Assembly (NCBI GenBank): GCA_965218795.1
Contig: OZ244653.1
Location: 800,001 to 864,000, forward strand
Origin: a bacterium
Lineage (GTDB): Bacteria; UBA8248; JACPRG01; G963555815
Reading direction: 5' to 3'
DNA: 64,000 nt
Shown: positions 39,625-49,376 of the stretch, one piece after another
Numbering within the stretch: the first letter of the stretch is position 1
How the letters are laid out: every line of letters begins with the position of its first letter
Position numbers and translations under genes: made by a program
The notes under the pieces: generated by a model
Database searches by the model: none
Told to the model about the DNA's origin: nothing
The model's input: only the letters and a program-made list of their open reading frames with translations

Positions 39625-41214
39625 TCAGGAAGCAGAACCTCCAGACGGGACCTCATCCGCTTCCCCGGCCGCCACTTCCGTCTCATTCAGGTCTTCCGGG
39701 GCGGGTGTTTCTACGTTTTCCTCATCACCGGAGGATGGTTCCTCGTTCATGGACGTCGAGGCCACCGCAGATGCCTCCTCCGTCTCCTCGTCTGAAAAAG
39801 CCTCATCGGCTGCATTTTCAAGCGCGGGCGCCTCTTCTGCCTCCGCGTCCTCGACTTCGGCCTCATCCTGTGCCGATTCGGGCTGGCCTTCAGACTCCGC
39901 CTTCTCTTCTTCAGGAACCTCTTCCGGTTCCGCCGGGGTGTGCTCTTGGACGTACTGTTGGGCGCGCAGGATCAGCGCCTCGGCACTTTTCTCCCCGATG
40001 CCCGGTATGGATATCATTTGATCGACCGAGGCATTGCCCAGGCTCTCGATGCTGTCGATCCCGTGCTCGTCGAGCAGTTCCTCAGTCCTCGGACCGAGGC
40101 CTCCCAACTCGGTGAGGGGAGTCTTCGCCGAGTCCCTGGAGGTTCCGGAAAGAACCAAGGAGGCCTTCTCGAGCTGTTCCGCCTGATACTCCGTCTCGCT
40201 TTTAATGTCGATTCGCCACTTGAGCAGTTTGGCGGCGAGCCGGACGTTTTGACCCCCCTTGCCGATGGCGAGAGAAAGCTGATCATCCGGGGCGACCACC
40301 ATCATTGCGTTTTCGCTTTCATTCAGAATGATCCGCGAAATCTTGGCCGGACTCAGGGCGTTTGCGGCCAGAGTTTGAATGTCGTCCGACCAGGAGATGA
40401 TATCGATCTTCTCGCCCCGGAGCTCCTGGACGATGGCCTGGACGCGGGATCCCCTCATTCCGACGCAGGCGCCGACAGGGTCGATATCCCGATCATGGGA
40501 AAGAACGGCAATCTTCGTCCGTCCGCTCGGCTCGCGGACCGCGGCCCTGATTTCCACGATGCCTTCATAAATTTCAGGCACTTCGATCTCGAAAAGCCGG
40601 ATGACGAGCCTCGGATGCGTGCGGGACAGGATGACCTGCGGGCCCCGGACCGCTTGGCGGACCTCCAATAAGTAGGCCCGGATGCGGTCTCCACGCCGGT
40701 ACACCTCCCGGTAGACCTGCTCTCTTCGGGGCAGAACACCCTCCCCCTTACCCATGTCGATATAGATGGTTCCCTTTTCCACGCGGGACACCGTCCCGTT
40801 GATCAATTCGCCTTCGCGGTCTTTGTACTCTTTGAAGATCATCTCTCGCTCGCCCTCGCGGACGCGCTGGAGGATGACTTGCTTGGCCGTCTGGGCCGCG
40901 ATACGCCCAAAGTCCTCATAAGGGATGGGGATATCGACGATCTCGCCCACGGCAGGCGTATCTTTGTATTCGGCGGCCTCTTCCAGGGAGATTTCCAGTT
41001 CTGGGTCGAACACCTCGTCGACGATCGTCTTGTGGCAGACGAGGTCCATGGCGCCGCTTGAGGGGTCGAAATTCGCCTCGATTTCAGCGGACAGGCCATA
41101 GTACTTGCGCGAGGCGGAGACCACCGCGGATTTCACGGCCTCGATCAGGACATCCTGCTCGATTCCCTTTTCACGCTGAATCTGACCCAAGACCAGCATG
41201 AGCTCCTGGTTCAC
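39625..41214 (-). CDS. nusA: Transcription termination/antitermination factor NusA
   Basis: FGRIAAQTAKQV, S1/KH domains, GACVGMRGSRV, LAIGKGGQNVRLA; HhH domain and acidic tail. Confidence 0.97.
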   Translation of the reverse strand: MNQELMLVLGQIQREKGIEQDVLIEAVKSAVVSASRKYYGLSAEIEANFDPSSGAMDLVCHKTIVDEVFDPELEISLEEAAEYKDTPAVGEIVDIPIPYEDFGRIAAQTAKQVILQRVREGEREMIFKEYKDREGELINGTVSRVEKGTIYIDMGKGEGVLPRREQVYREVYRRGDRIRAYLLEVRQAVRGPQVILSRTHPRLVIRLFEIEVPEIYEGIVEIRAAVREPSGRTKIAVLSHDRDIDPVGACVGMRGSRVQAIVQELRGEKIDIISWSDDIQTLAANALSPAKISRIILNESENAMMVVAPDDQLSLAIGKGGQNVRLAAKLLKWRIDIKSETEYQAEQLEKASLVLSGTSRDSAKTPLTELGGLGPRTEELLDEHGIDSIESLGNASVDQMISIPGIGEKSAEALILRAQQYVQEHTPAEPEEVPEEEKAESEGQPESAQDEAEVEDAEAEEAPALENAADEAFSDEETEEASAVASTSMNEEPSSGDEENVETPAPEDLNETEVAAGEADEVPSGGSAS

Positions 41215-41254
41215 CGAATTCCTCTCCCCCAAAAATGATAGAGCCTGCCGCCTC

Positions 41255-41743
41255 TCAGCGGTGGGCACCCTGTACTTCTTCTGCGAGTCGCGCCCGCCTG
41301 ATATCGGTTACGGGCAGACGGACGGTTTCTCCTCCATCCAGCTTCAGAGCCACCTCCCCTTCTTCTCCTTCCGAAACGCCGGCCAACTCACCCGTAAACC
41401 GCTTCCGGCCGTTACAGGGGGAGGCCATCTCGATCCGGGCCATTTCGCCGGAAAACCGCTCGAAGTCCTGCGCCTTCCTCAGCGGCCGGGGAATGCCCGG
41501 TGAAGAGACTTCCAGGGTATAAGAGTGCGGAATCACATCTTCCACATCGAGAACGGGGCTCAGCCTTCGGCTGACACGTTCACAATCTTCCACACGGATG
41601 CCCTCCGGCCCGTCCATGTAGATTCTCAGTATCCAGGACCCGCTCTGCCGGACGAATTCCAATTCCACCAGAGCAAGTCCTTCGTCTTCGACAATCGGCT
41701 CGACGATGGGCCAAAGCCGGTTTCTCAACTCACCGAATGACAA
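41255..41743 (-). CDS. rimP: Ribosome maturation factor RimP
   Basis: LRIYMD, DCERVSR, YTLEVSSPGIPRPL; TTG at 41743 assumed (downstream of the leader hairpin). Confidence 0.93.
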   Translation of the reverse strand: MSFGELRNRLWPIVEPIVEDEGLALVELEFVRQSGSWILRIYMDGPEGIRVEDCERVSRRLSPVLDVEDVIPHSYTLEVSSPGIPRPLRKAQDFERFSGEMARIEMASPCNGRKRFTGELAGVSEGEEGEVALKLDGGETVRLPVTDIRRARLAEEVQGAHR

Positions 41744-41794
41744 GCTTACTGGTCCCCAAACCTCGAAACAGAGCCCGAAAAGGCTCGATCGCGC

Positions 41795-41824
41795 AAAAAA
41801 AAGAGTGGGTGACTTGACCCACTC
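41795..41824 (-). terminator. Terminator/attenuator in the rimP-nusA-infB leader
   Basis: Minus strand GAGTGGGT-CAAGTC-ACCCACTC followed by TTTTTTTT, between the promoter and rimP. Confidence 0.8.
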
Positions 41825-41850
41825 GTTCGAAGGCAAACCAAGTTCATTTT

Positions 41851-41878
41851 AATGTAACACCCGGGGAGAGAATTTCAA
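41851..41878 (-). promoter_or_regulatory. Sigma70-type promoter for the rimP-nusA-infB operon
   Basis: TTGAAA (41878-41873), 16 bp, TACATT (41856-41851) with extended -10 TGn. Confidence 0.6.
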
Positions 41879-41916
41879 GGAAAATTTCGAGGAGCGGATG
41901 GCCCTGAGATTTTCCA

Positions 41917-43674
41917 TTATTCGCCCGGACCACCGAGCTTTGCGGCCTCCAGCGCCTCTCGGACTCTGCCCCGGACAAACTCCCCCGCCCCATCGCGAGC
42001 AACCCAATCCGTTGTGCCGTCTCGTCGGGTCTTGAATTCCACTTTGTCATCGGCCAGGCCTTTGGGACCGATAACCACCTGGAACGGGACTCCCATCAGG
42101 TCGGCATCCTTGAATTTGACACCCGGACGTTCATCCCGGTCGTCCAGAAGGGCTTCAACCGAATTCTCACTCAGCGTCTGATAGAGCGATTCGGACGCTT
42201 CACGGGTAGCAGAATCCTTGTAATTGATCGGAATCACGACGACTTGGAAGGGAGCGATGGGCACGGGCCAGATGATCCCGTTTTCATCATTGTTTTGCTC
42301 GATAGCGGCCGCAATGGTTCGTCCGATACCGATCCCATAGCATCCCATCACAATCGTCCGGGATTCTCCAGCCTCATCAAGATAATCGGCGTCCATGGCC
42401 TCGCTGTACTTCGTGCCGAGCTTGAACACGTGACCGACTTCGATCCCGCGCATGATCCGAAGCCTCGTTCCGCACTTGGGACAGGGATCGCCTTCGGCCG
42501 CCACTCGGATATCCGCGAACTCGGGGATCCCGAAGTCCTTCCCGATCGTTGCGCCCGCAAAATGGTGGTCGTCTTCATTGGCGCCTAGAATCAGATCGGT
42601 TTGGCCCTGCACACTGAAGTCTCCGATCAACCGCATCTCTTCCCGAAAGCCGATGGGGCCGGCAAATCCGGTCCGGGCGCCCGTGACGCGCCGGGTTGTC
42701 TCCTCCCCCGCCAGGACCAGTTCCGTCGTATTCAGATAGTGCTTGAGCTTGGCTTCATTGATGTAGCAATCGCCTCGTACCATGGCTGCCACCGGCGAGC
42801 CGTCGGCTTCATAGATCAGGGTTTTGGTGATATCGGTCAGGTCCCGCTCGAAGAATTCGGCCACCTGCTCCGCGGTGGTGATTTCCGGCGTGTGGACCTT
42901 TCGGAGCGCGCTTTCCCCTTCGTTATTCACCGAGGCGGGACAGGCTTCAGGACGCCCGGACAGCGGTGTCCGCTCCACATTGGCCGCGTACCCGCATTTG
43001 TCACAAACGGTGATTGCCTCTTCGCCGGTCTCGGCATGGACCATGAATTCGTGAGAGAAAGAACCGCCGATCAGGCCCGACTCGGCCTCGACGGCCGAGA
43101 ACTGGAGCCCGCACCGGGCGAAAGTGCGGCAGTATGCGTCGAACATGGCCCGGTAACTGGCCTCGGCCCCCTCTTCGTCCCGATCGAAGCTGTAGGCGTC
43201 CTTCATGATGAACTCGCGGCCCCGCATGACACCGAACCGGGGCCGGATCTCGTCACGGAACTTCGTCTGTATCTGATACAGATTCAGTGGCAGGTCCCGG
43301 TAGGAACGTACATCCCGGCGGACCATATCGGTGATGATCTCTTCGTGGGTGGGACCGAGGCAGAAGTCCCTGTCGTGGCGGTCCCGGAGGCGAATCAGTT
43401 CCTTGCCATAAGCCTGCCAGCGGCCAGTCTCCTCCCACAACTCGGACGGCAGCATCACCGGGAGAAGGACTTCCTGGGCTCCGGCCCGGTCCATCTCCTC
43501 GCGAACGATGGCTTCGACCTTCTTCTGGACCCGCAGCCCCAGGGGGAGGAGGTTGTAAACTCCGGCCGCCAGCCTCCGGATGAGACCGGCACGGACCATG
43601 AGCGAGTGGCTGATCACCTCCGCGTCAGCGGGGTCTTCCTTCAGCGTGGGCAGAAAGCCACGGGAATGCCGCAT
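41917..43674 (-). CDS. proS: Proline--tRNA ligase (bacterial type with editing domain)
   Basis: LGPTHEE, KFRDEIRPRFG.MRGREF.MKDAYSF, IEVGHVFKLGTKYS, MGCYGIG, GVKFKDADL. Confidence 0.98.
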   Translation of the reverse strand: MRHSRGFLPTLKEDPADAEVISHSLMVRAGLIRRLAAGVYNLLPLGLRVQKKVEAIVREEMDRAGAQEVLLPVMLPSELWEETGRWQAYGKELIRLRDRHDRDFCLGPTHEEIITDMVRRDVRSYRDLPLNLYQIQTKFRDEIRPRFGVMRGREFIMKDAYSFDRDEEGAEASYRAMFDAYCRTFARCGLQFSAVEAESGLIGGSFSHEFMVHAETGEEAITVCDKCGYAANVERTPLSGRPEACPASVNNEGESALRKVHTPEITTAEQVAEFFERDLTDITKTLIYEADGSPVAAMVRGDCYINEAKLKHYLNTTELVLAGEETTRRVTGARTGFAGPIGFREEMRLIGDFSVQGQTDLILGANEDDHHFAGATIGKDFGIPEFADIRVAAEGDPCPKCGTRLRIMRGIEVGHVFKLGTKYSEAMDADYLDEAGESRTIVMGCYGIGIGRTIAAAIEQNNDENGIIWPVPIAPFQVVVIPINYKDSATREASESLYQTLSENSVEALLDDRDERPGVKFKDADLMGVPFQVVIGPKGLADDKVEFKTRRDGTTDWVARDGAGEFVRGRVREALEAAKLGGPGE

Positions 43675-43784
43675 CGAGCTCTCCGAATTGAATCGCTATT
43701 TCAAGGGAGCCCGGTGCAGAAGGCTCCCATGGGCAAACGTGAATTCACAATGAAAGAGGAATTACGCAAAAATGGGGTGATCCA

Positions 43785-44969
43785 TCAGGGAATGACGGGC
43801 AACTTGACCCTGAGCCCTTCGGGCAGAGGGGGCTCCCAGACATCTTCTTCCTGTTCATCTGACTCCGCCTGGGCGGCCAAGGCGCCTTCCGCGGCCATTT
43901 TCTCGACTTCTTCGATCACGACATCATAAAAGTCGGGTTCGCTGACCTTCCGGTACTTCTCCCCTTTTTTGAAGATCATGCCTTCACCCTTCCCGCCCGC
44001 GATTCCGATGTCCGCGTCCTTGGCCTCGCCCGGTCCGTTGACCTCGCACCCCATCACGGCCACGGTGACGGGATATTTGATGTGCGCGAGCCCCCTCTCC
44101 AGCCGGTTGGCCAAGTCTTCTACATCGATCTGAATTCGACCGCAGGTTGGGCAGGCCACGACGTTCACTCCATGGTGGCGGAGTTCCAGCGACTTGAGAA
44201 TCTCGTAACCGACCTTCACTTCCTCCAGCGGGCTGGCGGCGAGGGAAACGCGGATCGTGTCGCCGACCCCTTCGGTCAGCAGAAGCGTAAAGGCCGCCGT
44301 GGTCTTAATGGCTCCGGTGACGTGAGCCCCCGCTTCGGTCACTCCCAGATGGAGCGGATAGTCGACCTTCTCGGAGATCAGCCGATAGGCCTCGACCGTT
44401 CGCCAGACGTCTGAAGCCTTGAGGGAAATCTTGAGCATGTCGAAGTTGTGTTTCTCGGCCAGCCCCACGTGTCGAAGAGCGCTCTCCACCATGGCTTCCG
44501 GAGTGGGACCGCCATATTTGTCGACCAGCTCGACCTCCAGAGAACCTGAATTGACGCCGATCCTGATCGGAACGCCCAAGTCGCGGCACGCCCGCGTCAG
44601 TTCCTCGACCTTGTGCTCCCCACCGCCCATCGCGCGAACGTTTCCCGGGTTGATGCGGATGCAGTCGATCCCGCCCTTGAGGGCCTCCAACGCCAGCCGG
44701 TAGTCGAAGTGGATGTCCGCGACCAACGGAATATTGGTTCCCGCCTTGATGGTTCGGATGCAACGGGCCGCGTCGATATCCGGGACGGCGATCCTCGCGA
44801 TCTCGCAGCCGACCTCTTCCAGGTCGTTGATCTGACGCATCGTCGCCATGGTGTCCCGGGTGTCGGTATCGCACATCGACTGCACAACCACCGGGGCCCC
44901 TCCGCCCACTTGGACGCTGCCGACATAGACCGGCCGGGTCAGCTTTTTGTTTTCAGCAGTTCGGGTCAC
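43785..44969 (-). CDS. ispG: HMBPP synthase IspG (GcpE)
   Basis: VQSM, LVADIHF, RINPGN, RIGVNSGSL, GDTIRVSL, CPTCGR, MGCEVNGPGEA. Confidence 0.97.
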   Translation of the reverse strand: MTRTAENKKLTRPVYVGSVQVGGGAPVVVQSMCDTDTRDTMATMRQINDLEEVGCEIARIAVPDIDAARCIRTIKAGTNIPLVADIHFDYRLALEALKGGIDCIRINPGNVRAMGGGEHKVEELTRACRDLGVPIRIGVNSGSLEVELVDKYGGPTPEAMVESALRHVGLAEKHNFDMLKISLKASDVWRTVEAYRLISEKVDYPLHLGVTEAGAHVTGAIKTTAAFTLLLTEGVGDTIRVSLAASPLEEVKVGYEILKSLELRHHGVNVVACPTCGRIQIDVEDLANRLERGLAHIKYPVTVAVMGCEVNGPGEAKDADIGIAGGKGEGMIFKKGEKYRKVSEPDFYDVVIEEVEKMAAEGALAAQAESDEQEEDVWEPPLPEGLRVKLPVIP

Positions 44970-44978
44970 GCTGTTCCC

Positions 44979-46121
44979 TCAGGGACTGGGCGCGATGAAG
45001 CGCATGATGTCGTTGTAAAAGGCGAAGATCATCAGCAGGATGATAAACAGAAAACCTACCTGCTGGGCAATTTCGCGGGTCCTCAAATTCAGCGGTCTCC
45101 GCCTCAACCCCTCAATAAGGTAAAAGAAAATGTGCCCGCCGTCCAGCACCGGAATCGGCAGAAGGTTCAGCAGGGCGAGGTTGATGCTGAGGAAGGAAGC
45201 GAAGTAGAGGCAGTTCACTCCGCCCGCCTTGCAATGCCAGCCGGCCCGCTCGCCGATGAGAATCGGGCCGCCCAGTGACTCCCGCACGGGCACGGCTCCG
45301 CGGAAGATCAGGCCGATGGCCTGGCCCGTCTGCGAAATGATGCTCCAGGTCTGTAGAAATGAACGTCCCATGGAGGAAATCGGGTCGGGCGCCTTCCCTT
45401 CCGGATAAGGACCCAACCGGAGAACCCCTTCGGTCTGCACTCCGATCATGACCCGTTTTATCTTTTTGCCTGTGATGGATGACGTCTCGGTTATTTCCGG
45501 ACGAATGCGGACCTGTATCTCCCGCCCCTCTCGCAGAACCTTGAAGTCCAGCGCACGGCCTTCGCTGGCGCGCACGGCACGGACCAGCTCGTCCCATCGG
45601 TTCACCGGCACGCCGTCAATCCCGGTGACTTCATCGCGGGGCTGGATGCCGGCTTTTGCAGCGGGAGATTTTTCGACTACCTTCGCGATGGTCGGTGCCA
45701 GGAAGGGGGTCCCCGCCAGGGTAACTCCCCAGAAAACCAGGACGGCAAAAATGAGATTAAAGACCGGTCCCGCGAGCACCACCCACAAGCGCTGGTATAC
45801 GGGTCGTAAAGCAAACGATTTTTCCGGCGGGGGTTCCAGTTCCTCCGGCCCATCCTCTTCGCGGCCTTCCTCATCATGATGGCGGTGGACGGGGAAGTCG
45901 CTCACCTCCTGGCCCATCAGCTTCACGTATCCGCCCAGAGGGATGGCGGAGAGCATATATTCGGTCTCGCCGATCCTTTTTCCGACGAGTCTCGGGCCGA
46001 AGCCGAGGGAGAACTTCTCCACTCCAATGCCGAACTGTTTGGCCGCCAGGAAATGGCCCAATTCGTGGACGAGCACCAGGACGCCCAGAATCAGGATGGC
46101 GACAACCACGGTTGCAATCAA
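44979..46121 (-). CDS. rseP: RIP metalloprotease RseP
   Basis: HELGH, PLGGYVK, AGPVFN, PDZ domain, NLLPIPVLDGG. Confidence 0.95.
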   Translation of the reverse strand: MIATVVVAILILGVLVLVHELGHFLAAKQFGIGVEKFSLGFGPRLVGKRIGETEYMLSAIPLGGYVKLMGQEVSDFPVHRHHDEEGREEDGPEELEPPPEKSFALRPVYQRLWVVLAGPVFNLIFAVLVFWGVTLAGTPFLAPTIAKVVEKSPAAKAGIQPRDEVTGIDGVPVNRWDELVRAVRASEGRALDFKVLREGREIQVRIRPEITETSSITGKKIKRVMIGVQTEGVLRLGPYPEGKAPDPISSMGRSFLQTWSIISQTGQAIGLIFRGAVPVRESLGGPILIGERAGWHCKAGGVNCLYFASFLSINLALLNLLPIPVLDGGHIFFYLIEGLRRRPLNLRTREIAQQVGFLFIILLMIFAFYNDIMRFIAPSP

Positions 46122-46149
46122 ATTTTCCTCTCCGAACCAAGGCTGCGAG

Positions 46150-46857
46150 TCATCCGGAACTTCCGGGCACTCCAGGCGGCTTGACCACCTCTATCCCCGG
46201 AGGAATCGTAAAGGTAAATATCGCCATTGGGGGTACTTGGTCAACCCGAATTTTCTCGAAGCGAATATCGGTAATGTTGCCGAATGGGTCCACGATCGTG
46301 CTTCGGACAATCAGAAAGTCATCCTTTCGCACTTCCAGGCGCAGCTCCCGCAGGCCGGAATGAGTCGTCTTGGGGACCAGAGAGAGCCGGTAGACGTCCG
46401 CGTTTGATGTGTCGTCCCCTTTCGCCGGCTCCCGCAAGCGGACCGTAAACTCCGAACGGATGTCCCCATAGCCGGCCAGAAACGCCAGGGGCGTCTTGGA
46501 GCGAAAGGCTTCGCCGAATCGAGACACCACGACCTGCTTCAGTTCCGGCGTATAGACCCAAAAGCTAACGCCGTCGCTGACCAGGAGCTGTCTTTCCGGC
46601 GACTCGTATTCCCACCGCATCATCCCAGGCTTGCGGATGAAAACCCGGCCGGTGGATTGACGCGTTTCATCGAGAGACGCCAGAAAGGAGTCTTGGCGGA
46701 AACGGGCCTGGAAAAAATGAGTCTTCTCATAGCGGGACTGGACGCTTTCGACGATGGACGCCAGGTCGGAGGTCTCACCCCGGACGGTCCGCCCAATCCC
46801 GGCGAACAGAATCATTATCGCTGCTGAGACTAGGACCAGCCTCTGTATGCATTCCAC
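46150..46857 (-). CDS. lolA: Outer-membrane lipoprotein carrier LolA-like protein
   Basis: Signal peptide, ARFRQ, KPGMMRWEY, LVSDG..FWVY, FTFTIPPG. Confidence 0.85.
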   Translation of the reverse strand: MECIQRLVLVSAAIMILFAGIGRTVRGETSDLASIVESVQSRYEKTHFFQARFRQDSFLASLDETRQSTGRVFIRKPGMMRWEYESPERQLLVSDGVSFWVYTPELKQVVVSRFGEAFRSKTPLAFLAGYGDIRSEFTVRLREPAKGDDTSNADVYRLSLVPKTTHSGLRELRLEVRKDDFLIVRSTIVDPFGNITDIRFEKIRVDQVPPMAIFTFTIPPGIEVVKPPGVPGSSG

Positions 46858-47528
46858 CCGAATTGCCTCGCCATGCGAATCAACAAAAAGCCCGCCAGGA
46901 AGCCGCCCACATGGGCGAACCAGGCGACGCTATCGGATCCCGCGCCCCCCAGTGAGAGCGTGCCCTGAAACAACTGGATGACGAACCAAAACCCCAAAAC
47001 CCAGAGAGCGGGCAGCTTGGCCATCTGAATGAAAAAGAACAAGAACAACAGGCAAAGCACCTGATGCCGCGGATAGAGAACCAAGTAGGCTCCCAAGACG
47101 CCCGCAATCGCCCCGCTCGCTCCGATCAAGGGAATTTGCGAGGACTGATTCAACAGCATGTGCCCCCAGGTTGCCGCGATTCCGGAGAGAAGATAGAAAA
47201 CCGCGAAGCGCGCGTGCCCCAGGTATTCTTCAATATTGTTTCCGAATATCCAAAGATACAGCATGTTGGAACCGAGATGGAGCCAGCCCGCGTGAAGGAA
47301 TAGGCAGGTAAAAATCGTCATCCAAGGCGGCAGGAAATAATCGGGAACCCTGGTTTCATAGAAAAAACGGACCGGAATCGCCCCCATCGACATGATCAGT
47401 TTTCTCTGCACCTCCGCACTCGGTGTCTGGAGCTCCATGAAGAATCCGATCAGATTGAGACCGATCAGCACAAAAGTGACGTAAGGGATGATCCGGGTGG
47501 GGTTGTCATCCTTCAGGGGCAGTAACAT
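46830..47528 (-). CDS. Rhomboid family intramembrane serine protease
   Basis: HAGWLHLGSNMLYLWIFG, GASGAIAG, AWFAHVGG. Confidence 0.93.
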   Translation of the reverse strand: MLLPLKDDNPTRIIPYVTFVLIGLNLIGFFMELQTPSAEVQRKLIMSMGAIPVRFFYETRVPDYFLPPWMTIFTCLFLHAGWLHLGSNMLYLWIFGNNIEEYLGHARFAVFYLLSGIAATWGHMLLNQSSQIPLIGASGAIAGVLGAYLVLYPRHQVLCLLFLFFFIQMAKLPALWVLGFWFVIQLFQGTLSLGGAGSDSVAWFAHVGGFLAGFLLIRMARQFGWNAYRGWS

Positions 47529-47673
47529 CGCAGTCTCTCAGAATACGTGCCAAAGCATGCGGGGCGGGTCTTACGGCAACTGCCTGGACGAGGTTTTCGC
47601 GCCTTCCGTTCTTTCTCCAATGTATGCCGACGACTTCCGCCGTGCCATGTCAACCAGTGATTCTCAGAGAATT

Positions 47674-48297
47674 CTAATCTGCCGCGAGATTGCCGCGGTT
47701 CGTCTCGGACGGGAGGTCATCCATGAGGACACGATCGCCTTCGATTCGGATGCGTCCCTCCGCAAACCACCGTACGGCCATCGGATAGATCCGGTGCTCT
47801 TCCCGCAGGATTCGCTCCGACAGGGATTCCTCGTCATCCTTCTCGAACACAGGAACAGGAGCCTGCGCGAGGATCGGCCCGTGGTCCACCCATTCGTCGA
47901 CAAGGTGCACGGTGGCGCCCGATACCCGCACGCCGCGCTCCAGGGCCTGCTTCTGCGCATTCAGGCCGGGAAAAGCGGGGAGCAGCGAAGGGTGAACGTT
48001 CAGGATGGGAACGCTCGCGGCCCGAATGAAGTCACCACTGAGGATCCGCATAAACCCGGCGAGGCAAACGAGATCAACCGAGGCTTCTCGCAGCGCCGGC
48101 AAGGCCTCCCGCTCGAAGGACTTTTGTGGGATATATCGACTCGGAATCTTGTTCCGTTGAGACCGAACGAGAGCCGCAGCGTCCGCCACGTTGCTCAGGA
48201 CCAGGGCAATCCTCGATTTGAGGTATCCCGAATCGGCTGCATCCATCAGCGCCTTAAGGTTGGAACCCCGCCCGGAAACGAAAACCGATATGTTCAT
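47674..48297 (-). CDS. purN: Phosphoribosylglycinamide formyltransferase
   Basis: SGRGSNL, LAGFMRIL, NVHPSLLP, GATVHLV, DHGPI, EH. Confidence 0.96.
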   Translation of the reverse strand: MNISVFVSGRGSNLKALMDAADSGYLKSRIALVLSNVADAAALVRSQRNKIPSRYIPQKSFEREALPALREASVDLVCLAGFMRILSGDFIRAASVPILNVHPSLLPAFPGLNAQKQALERGVRVSGATVHLVDEWVDHGPILAQAPVPVFEKDDEESLSERILREEHRIYPMAVRWFAEGRIRIEGDRVLMDDLPSETNRGNLAAD

Positions 48298-49376
48298 GAC
48301 TCTACGGGTTCCAGGGTGACGCGGGCCCCGGATCCGGAGGCCGCATCGATTCCTCCAATTTTGTAGACCTCTTCCCCGGCCGACTGCAGAACCGTTATGG
48401 CTTCGTCGGCGTTGGATGAGGCAACCACCAAAATCAGCCCGATGCCTAGATTGAACACGTCGGCCATTTCTTCCGGAGAGATCGAACCCGCCGACCGAAG
48501 ATAATCGAACACGGGAGGTTCGGGCCAGGCACTCGGATCCACGACCGCCCGGCAGTCATCGCTCAGTATTCGGGAAAGATTTCCAGGTATTCCCCCGCCG
48601 GTGATGTGGGCGATGCCCTTGATGGGCGTTGTCGTCAGGGTTGCGCGAACGGCCCGGACGTACAGACGCGTGGGCGCCAGAAGCGCATTTGCCAGGGATT
48701 GCCCTCCCTCCCCGCCGGGAAGCGGAGAATCCAAACCCCTTCCCTCCTGATCCAGGATCCGGCGGATGAGGGAGAACCCATTACTGTGAGGGCCACTCGA
48801 AGACAGGCCAAGAAGCGTATCTCCCGGCCGAATTGCCCGTCCGTCAATCACGTGGTTCCGGTCCACGATGCCGACAGCGCAACCAGCCAGGTCATAACGG
48901 CCATTCGGGTAATAATCGGGCATCTCGGCCGTCTCCCCCCCCAGCAGCGCACAGCCCGCCTCCATGCAGGCATCCGCAATTCCGGCCACTACGTCGACCG
49001 CAAGCTCCGGATCGAGTCTGCCCATAGCCAGATAATCCAGGAAAAATAAGGGCTCTGCACCTTGCGCCAGCACATCATTGACACACATGGCGACCAGGTC
49101 CCAGCCGGCAACGGAATGCCGGCCGGCTCGGATGAGCAGATCCAGCTTTGTACCGACCCCATCCATCCCCGCGATCAGGACCGGCTCCCGGAACCCCCCA
49201 GGGATCCGCATGCACCCGCCGAAACCGCCGATCCCTCCTTCCACCTCCGACCGTCGCGTCCGATCGGCCAGTGCGCGCAGGCGCGGCACAATCGCGTCAG
49301 CCAGACGCAGGTCGACACCGGCTTCCCGGTACGCCGGCCTGTTCTTATCCGATTGGGGGGGATTGGATCGCGTCAC
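48294..49376 (-). CDS. purM: Phosphoribosylformylglycinamidine cyclo-ligase
   Basis: YREAGVD, GGFGG, DGVGTK, AMCVND, GGETAEMP, SSGPHSNG, AHITGGG. Confidence 0.97.
   Translation of the reverse strand: MTRSNPPQSDKNRPAYREAGVDLRLADAIVPRLRALADRTRRSEVEGGIGGFGGCMRIPGGFREPVLIAGMDGVGTKLDLLIRAGRHSVAGWDLVAMCVNDVLAQGAEPLFFLDYLAMGRLDPELAVDVVAGIADACMEAGCALLGGETAEMPDYYPNGRYDLAGCAVGIVDRNHVIDGRAIRPGDTLLGLSSSGPHSNGFSLIRRILDQEGRGLDSPLPGGEGGQSLANALLAPTRLYVRAVRATLTTTPIKGIAHITGGGIPGNLSRILSDDCRAVVDPSAWPEPPVFDYLRSAGSISPEEMADVFNLGIGLILVVASSNADEAITVLQSAGEEVYKIGGIDAASGSGARVTLEPVES

Noticed and set aside
47538-47552. Sigma54 promoter (TGGCACGTATTCTGA) before the rhomboid gene
   Set aside because: The -12 GC dinucleotide is GA and it sits too close to the start codon.
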